64,000 bases of DNA from NCBI GenBank assembly GCA_963767005.1, contig CAVYCN010000002.1, forward strand, positions 625,028 to 689,027, in the 5' to 3' direction. The notes under the pieces are model-generated. The model searched no databases. It saw only the letters and a list, made by a program, of their open reading frames with translations, and was not told the DNA's origin. Every line of letters begins with the position of its first letter. Within the stretch, counting starts at the first letter, position 1. The position numbers and the translations under genes are program-made. Origin of the DNA: an uncultured Actinomycetes bacterium. GTDB taxonomy: Bacteria; Actinomycetota; Thermoleophilia; UBA2241. Below, piece by piece: positions 59,966 through 64,000 of this stretch.

Positions 59966-60529
59966 TCAAAGCCGTCGCCCCTGCTTGACTGCTCCCCCCT
60001 CGAGGCGACGTGGTCGGCGACGTTCCTCTTCCTGCATGGCCTGTTCGTAGGCCTCATCGTCTTGGTAGAGGTCGTCACCGTCGTGTCTGACGTAGTCGCG
60101 AACATCGTGCCAGGCCTGAGCAACACGTATGACTCCTCCCCACACAGACGAGCGAGACTGCTCAAGGGTCGGGCTCGCGAGTCGACACCGGCCTCCAGGT
60201 CTCCGTGATTCGCGCTTGCCTGAGCGTTGCCTTCTCTTCCGGAGGGCACGACCGCCGGGTCTAGATCGATCACCCGGCCACAGGTGGCCTCGTGTGGAGT
60301 TGGAGCTGAGCAACCGGTTTCAGCCGTGGATCAGGCCGCCGCCGCGAACCCCGCGAAGAGCGCCGACGCTGAATCCGGGACTCCGGAGCCACTCGCTTCC
60401 CACAACGTCGTGCTAGTAAAAGGGCGCCGACCAGAGAGACTGCAGGGGGATGGGCAAGCCTCCTCGGTCGACGCCCTTGTCCCGCCAGAGCGCCAGGCAT
60501 GACGTGATGCGGGCTTGCAGGTAGACGTG

Positions 60530-61712
60530 CTACAAACGCTTGACGACCTCCCCCATCAGGTCTTTCTCGGCCAGACCGCGTTCGACGTCCGTGATGACGG
60601 AGCAGCTCTCGGCCCAGCAAGCGACGGTGACTCCCTGGTCGGTCGCCCACTCCCGCCGCGCGCCGTGGAGGATGTTCTGCTGCAGCACCTGCGCCAGATG
60701 CTTACCCTCGATGTCGACGATGAACTGCGTCACCGAACCCATGTACACGACGGCCTTGATGGTCGCACGGAAGACGTTCTGCGGACGGTTGTGTTCATCG
60801 AGCCCATCCTCGGCAGATGGAGCAGCTTCTCGGGTCGGACCACGATTCCAACGCGAGGAGCCGACGGTGACGCCAGAGGCTCTCGTCGCGCACAGATTCG
60901 CAGGACCAGTCCGTTGTCGGTGCGACATTCGGCGATGCCCGCATCGAGGTAGGTCACCTCACAGGGGTAGACGTTTGCAGACGCCAATGAAATTGGCGAC
61001 GAAGGAAATTCTGGGCGTTTTCGTAGATGTCCGCCGGCCGGCCCACCTGCTCGACGACTCCCTCAACTGATCACGGCGAGGCGATCGCTCATGGTCAAGG
61101 CCTCTTCCTGGTCATGAGTCACGTAGATGAACGTGATGCGACCCTCGGGCTTGAGCCTCTGGAGCTCGAGCTGCATCGCCTTGCGCAGCTTCGCGTTGAT
61201 AAGCACCCCGAGCGGCTCGTCAAGCAGCAGCACAGTGGGCCTGTTTACGAGAGCGCGCGCTAACGCGACGCGCTGCTGCTGGCCGCCCGAGAGCTGACTG
61301 GGTTTGCGCTTGCCCATCCGGTCCATCTCGACCATCTCGAGAGCCTCTTGAACGCGCTCCCCGACCTCCTTCTTCGGGACCTTGCTGCGCCGCAGACCGA
61401 AAGCCACGTTGTCCCAAACCGTCAGGTGCGGGAACAGCGCGTAGCTCTGGAACACCGTGTTGACGTTGCGTTTGTAGGCCGGCACGCCGGCGACAGGCGG
61501 TGTTGCCGAGGTAGATCTCGCCCTCGCTTGGCTGCTCGAACCCGGCGACCATCCGGAACGTCGTCGTCTTGCCGCAACCCGACGGTCCGAGTAGCGAGAA
61601 GAACTCGCCCTTGTGGATGCGCAAATCCATGTCGCGCACGGCCACGAAGTCACCAAATCGCTTGGTCACGTTCTCGAGCTCGACGTCGACTTTGCTCGGT
61701 GCTCACCTGCAT
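60530..61712 (-). pseudogene. potA: polyamine ABC transporter ATP-binding protein (PotA-like), frameshifted
   Basis: [38 protein letters not shown] spread over several frames. Confidence 0.8.
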
Positions 61713-61804
61713 GTCCTCGCACCCCCCTTCTTTGCCACGGACTGGACGAGCCGCCGTGAGACTCACCGGAGCCATGCTAACTCCGCTGGGACTCTCCACA
61801 CGAC

Positions 61805-62632
61805 CTACACCCGGCGACGGCGACTGCGCGTAGACATCCGGACGGCAAACCTCGAGCACGGGCACCTGTGCCCGGCGCCGCCTGGCCTCCGCAGCGTCAA
61901 CATTCGGCGACGACGACCCCATCCCCATCAGGAAGCTCGGCGAGGATCGTCCCCCACGGATCGATGATCAGACCGTGTCCCCAGTGCGGATACCCCTCGC
62001 AGACCCCGTCGGGCAAGCGCCACCACGAAGGCAAGGTTCTCGATCGCACGGGCGCGCAGCAGAACCTCCCAATGCACCCTGCCGGTCGCCTCGGCCCAGG
62101 CGGACGAAACAGCCATCAGGCAGACGCCGGCGCCCGCCAGCGCCCGGAAGAGCTCGGGGAAACGCAGGTCGAAGCAAGATCCTCAGGCCGAGGATGAACT
62201 CCGGCAGCTTCACGGCAACGAGGCGGTCGCCGGGGACGATGAGGGTCGATTCGACTAAAGGGTCACCTCACCGGGCACGTCGATGTCGAAGAGGTGGACC
62301 TTGCGGTAGACGGCGCGGATCTCGCCCTCCGGGTCGAGCACGTAGCTCGTGTTGTAGAACTTGCCGGGCACCGGCGAGACCTCGATGAAGTTCTCCCGCA
62401 TGGACATGGATGCCGTGCTCGCGCGCCTTCGCCGCAAAGCGGGCTGACGTCTCTCCCGGCAGTCGTTCGGCGACGCTTGCGTACTCCGCTTCGGGGGCGA
62501 TGAACGTAGCGTACTCGGGAAGCACGACAAACCGGCGCCCGGCGCCACCGCCTCGTCGATCAGCTCGAGGGCACGCTCGACGTTGGCCTCCTTGGACGCA
62601 CCGGCCTTGATTTGCACCGCAGCGACGCGCAT
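61805..62632 (-). pseudogene. carbon-nitrogen hydrolase (Nit-like), frameshifted
   Basis: [32 protein letters not shown] in different frames; end approximate. Confidence 0.8.
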
Positions 62633-62649
62633 GGCCGAGGACACCCCCT

Positions 62650-63415
62650 CACGAGACGTGTTGAAGTGCACGCGTGCCTCACGGACAATCTCGTCGACGG
62701 CGAGCCCGACGCTGCCCGCGTCGGCCAGCGTCGGCCGCCCCAACACCCCCGACGACGTCACCTCGCGGTACGACGGGATCCGCCTGATACCGCCCGTGAA
62801 GGGGTCGACTTGTGGGACGAAATCCTGGTAGGGCCCGCTGCGCACGAGATCGCTGCGCAGGTACATGAGCACCGATGTGCACAGCTCGCCGGCGTGACCG
62901 GCCACCCAGGGGTTGTCGGTGAGCTCCTTGAAACGCCAGGTGGACGCAGAACCGCCACCAGTCGATCTGCATGCAGCGCGCTCCGGCATCTTCGATGAGC
63001 GACGCCGCCAGCTCGTCAATGTACTCACGTTTCCTGCATGGGTGTTCAGGAATAGCAGGTCAGTGAAACCCCAGCCGATCAGGCTGCGGCAGATGCCTTC
63101 GAGCATAGCCGAGAAAGGCTCTGGGCTCGACAGTGAGCGTCCCGGGGAAGCTCATCAGGTCACGCGAGTGGCCAACCGGAACAAAGCGGCCCGCAGACCG
63201 CCCCCAGCCGCTCCGCCACGAGCTGGGCCACCGCCGCCGCGCACCAGGGGTCCAAGGCCAGCGGGGAGATGCGGGCCGTAGACCTCAAAGGCGCCGCTCG
63301 GCAGCACCGCGATCGGCGACGCCGCCGCCATCTTCTCGACCTCGGACCACGTGTGGCTGCCGTACTCCACGGCCGGCCGACCGGCGGCGCTACCGTCCAT
63401 CACGCGCTCCTTCAA
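62650..63415 (-). pseudogene. creatininase family protein, frameshifted
   Basis: VLPSGAFEVYGPHLP, LNTHAGN, GHAGELCTS, SGVLG; end approximate. Confidence 0.75.
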
Positions 63416-64000
63416 TCAGTTCGGCGATGGGAGCGAAGCTGCGATGGCAGCCCGCGACGCAGGAGCGCTTGCCGATACTCATCGTCCCCGCGCCAGTCGG
63501 CATGAGCCGGCTCCAGTAGCGACTGCGCTTCCTCTACCGACAGCACGAGAACGCCGTCGTCGCTGGCCAGGATCAACTCCCCGGGCTTAATCCCGCACAC
63601 CGCCACACGTGATCGGTGTGTTGCCACGGCGCCGGATTCGCCAAGCAGCAGCGTCGTCAGTGGCGAGGCGCCGCGCGCGAAGACGGGCAGCCCAAGCGTG
63701 GTATCTGCGAGATGTCGGTGGCCGGGCCGTCGACCACGACGCCCGCGGCGCGCGCAGCTTGGCGGCGAGCGTCATCATCTCGCCCCAGCACGAATAGCGC
63801 TCGCCGCCCTCCTGGCTCATCACGACGACGTCACCGGGCGACAGCAGGTCGTCTTCGACCGCCTCGCGGGGCACCGTCGAGTCGCGACCACGCACCATGA
63901 CCGTCACTGCCAGACCGACGATCGCGGACGCAGGCGCTATAGCCTTAATCCCTGAGTCCATGGCCCGCCCATCCATAATGTGTCCGAGCGTCGACGGCGC
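63412..64000 (-). pseudogene. RraA/HMG aldolase family protein, frameshifted, 5' end outside window
   Basis: VGLAVTV, PGDVVV, WGEMMTLAA, PITCGGV, ASDDGVL. Confidence 0.7.

Noticed and set aside
62255-63106. creatininase-nitrilase fusion protein
   Set aside because: Both halves are frameshifted fragments; the read-through is best explained by an indel removing the stop.

Overview
High-GC window, probably from an actinobacterium (Thermoleophilia-like; inferred from gene content only). The main feature is a complete, apparently recently inserted casposon at 14865-29320 (about 14.5 kb). It has 381-bp terminal inverted repeats with one mismatch seen, a perfect 14-bp target-site duplication (GTCAACAGGAGCCC), a stand-alone Cas1 with a Zn-finger/HTH tail, a family B DNA polymerase, and HNH and HTH proteins. 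Its cargo is unusual: three YCF48/BNR beta-propeller lipoproteins (two as a tandem cassette bounded by recurring hairpins), a solo Mrr-like restriction nuclease and a GIY-YIG protein. No CRISPR array or cas2 is present. The casposon sits in an intergenic site between a cupin gene and two unannotated hydrophobic micropeptide genes ending in KW-x. The rest of the window holds housekeeping and metabolic genes (purH, aqpZ, tkt, zwf, lysA, mreB, two type IV pilins, MFS transporters) and a two-paralogue MttB locus with a shared operator-like motif. It also contains an IS110, a triple-nested IS3 stack, and a tRNA-Phe 3' fragment (att site) followed by an orphan terminase pair, divIVA, an mreB remnant and a frameshifted amine-catabolism operon. 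All product calls come from motif recognition; no database searches were run.
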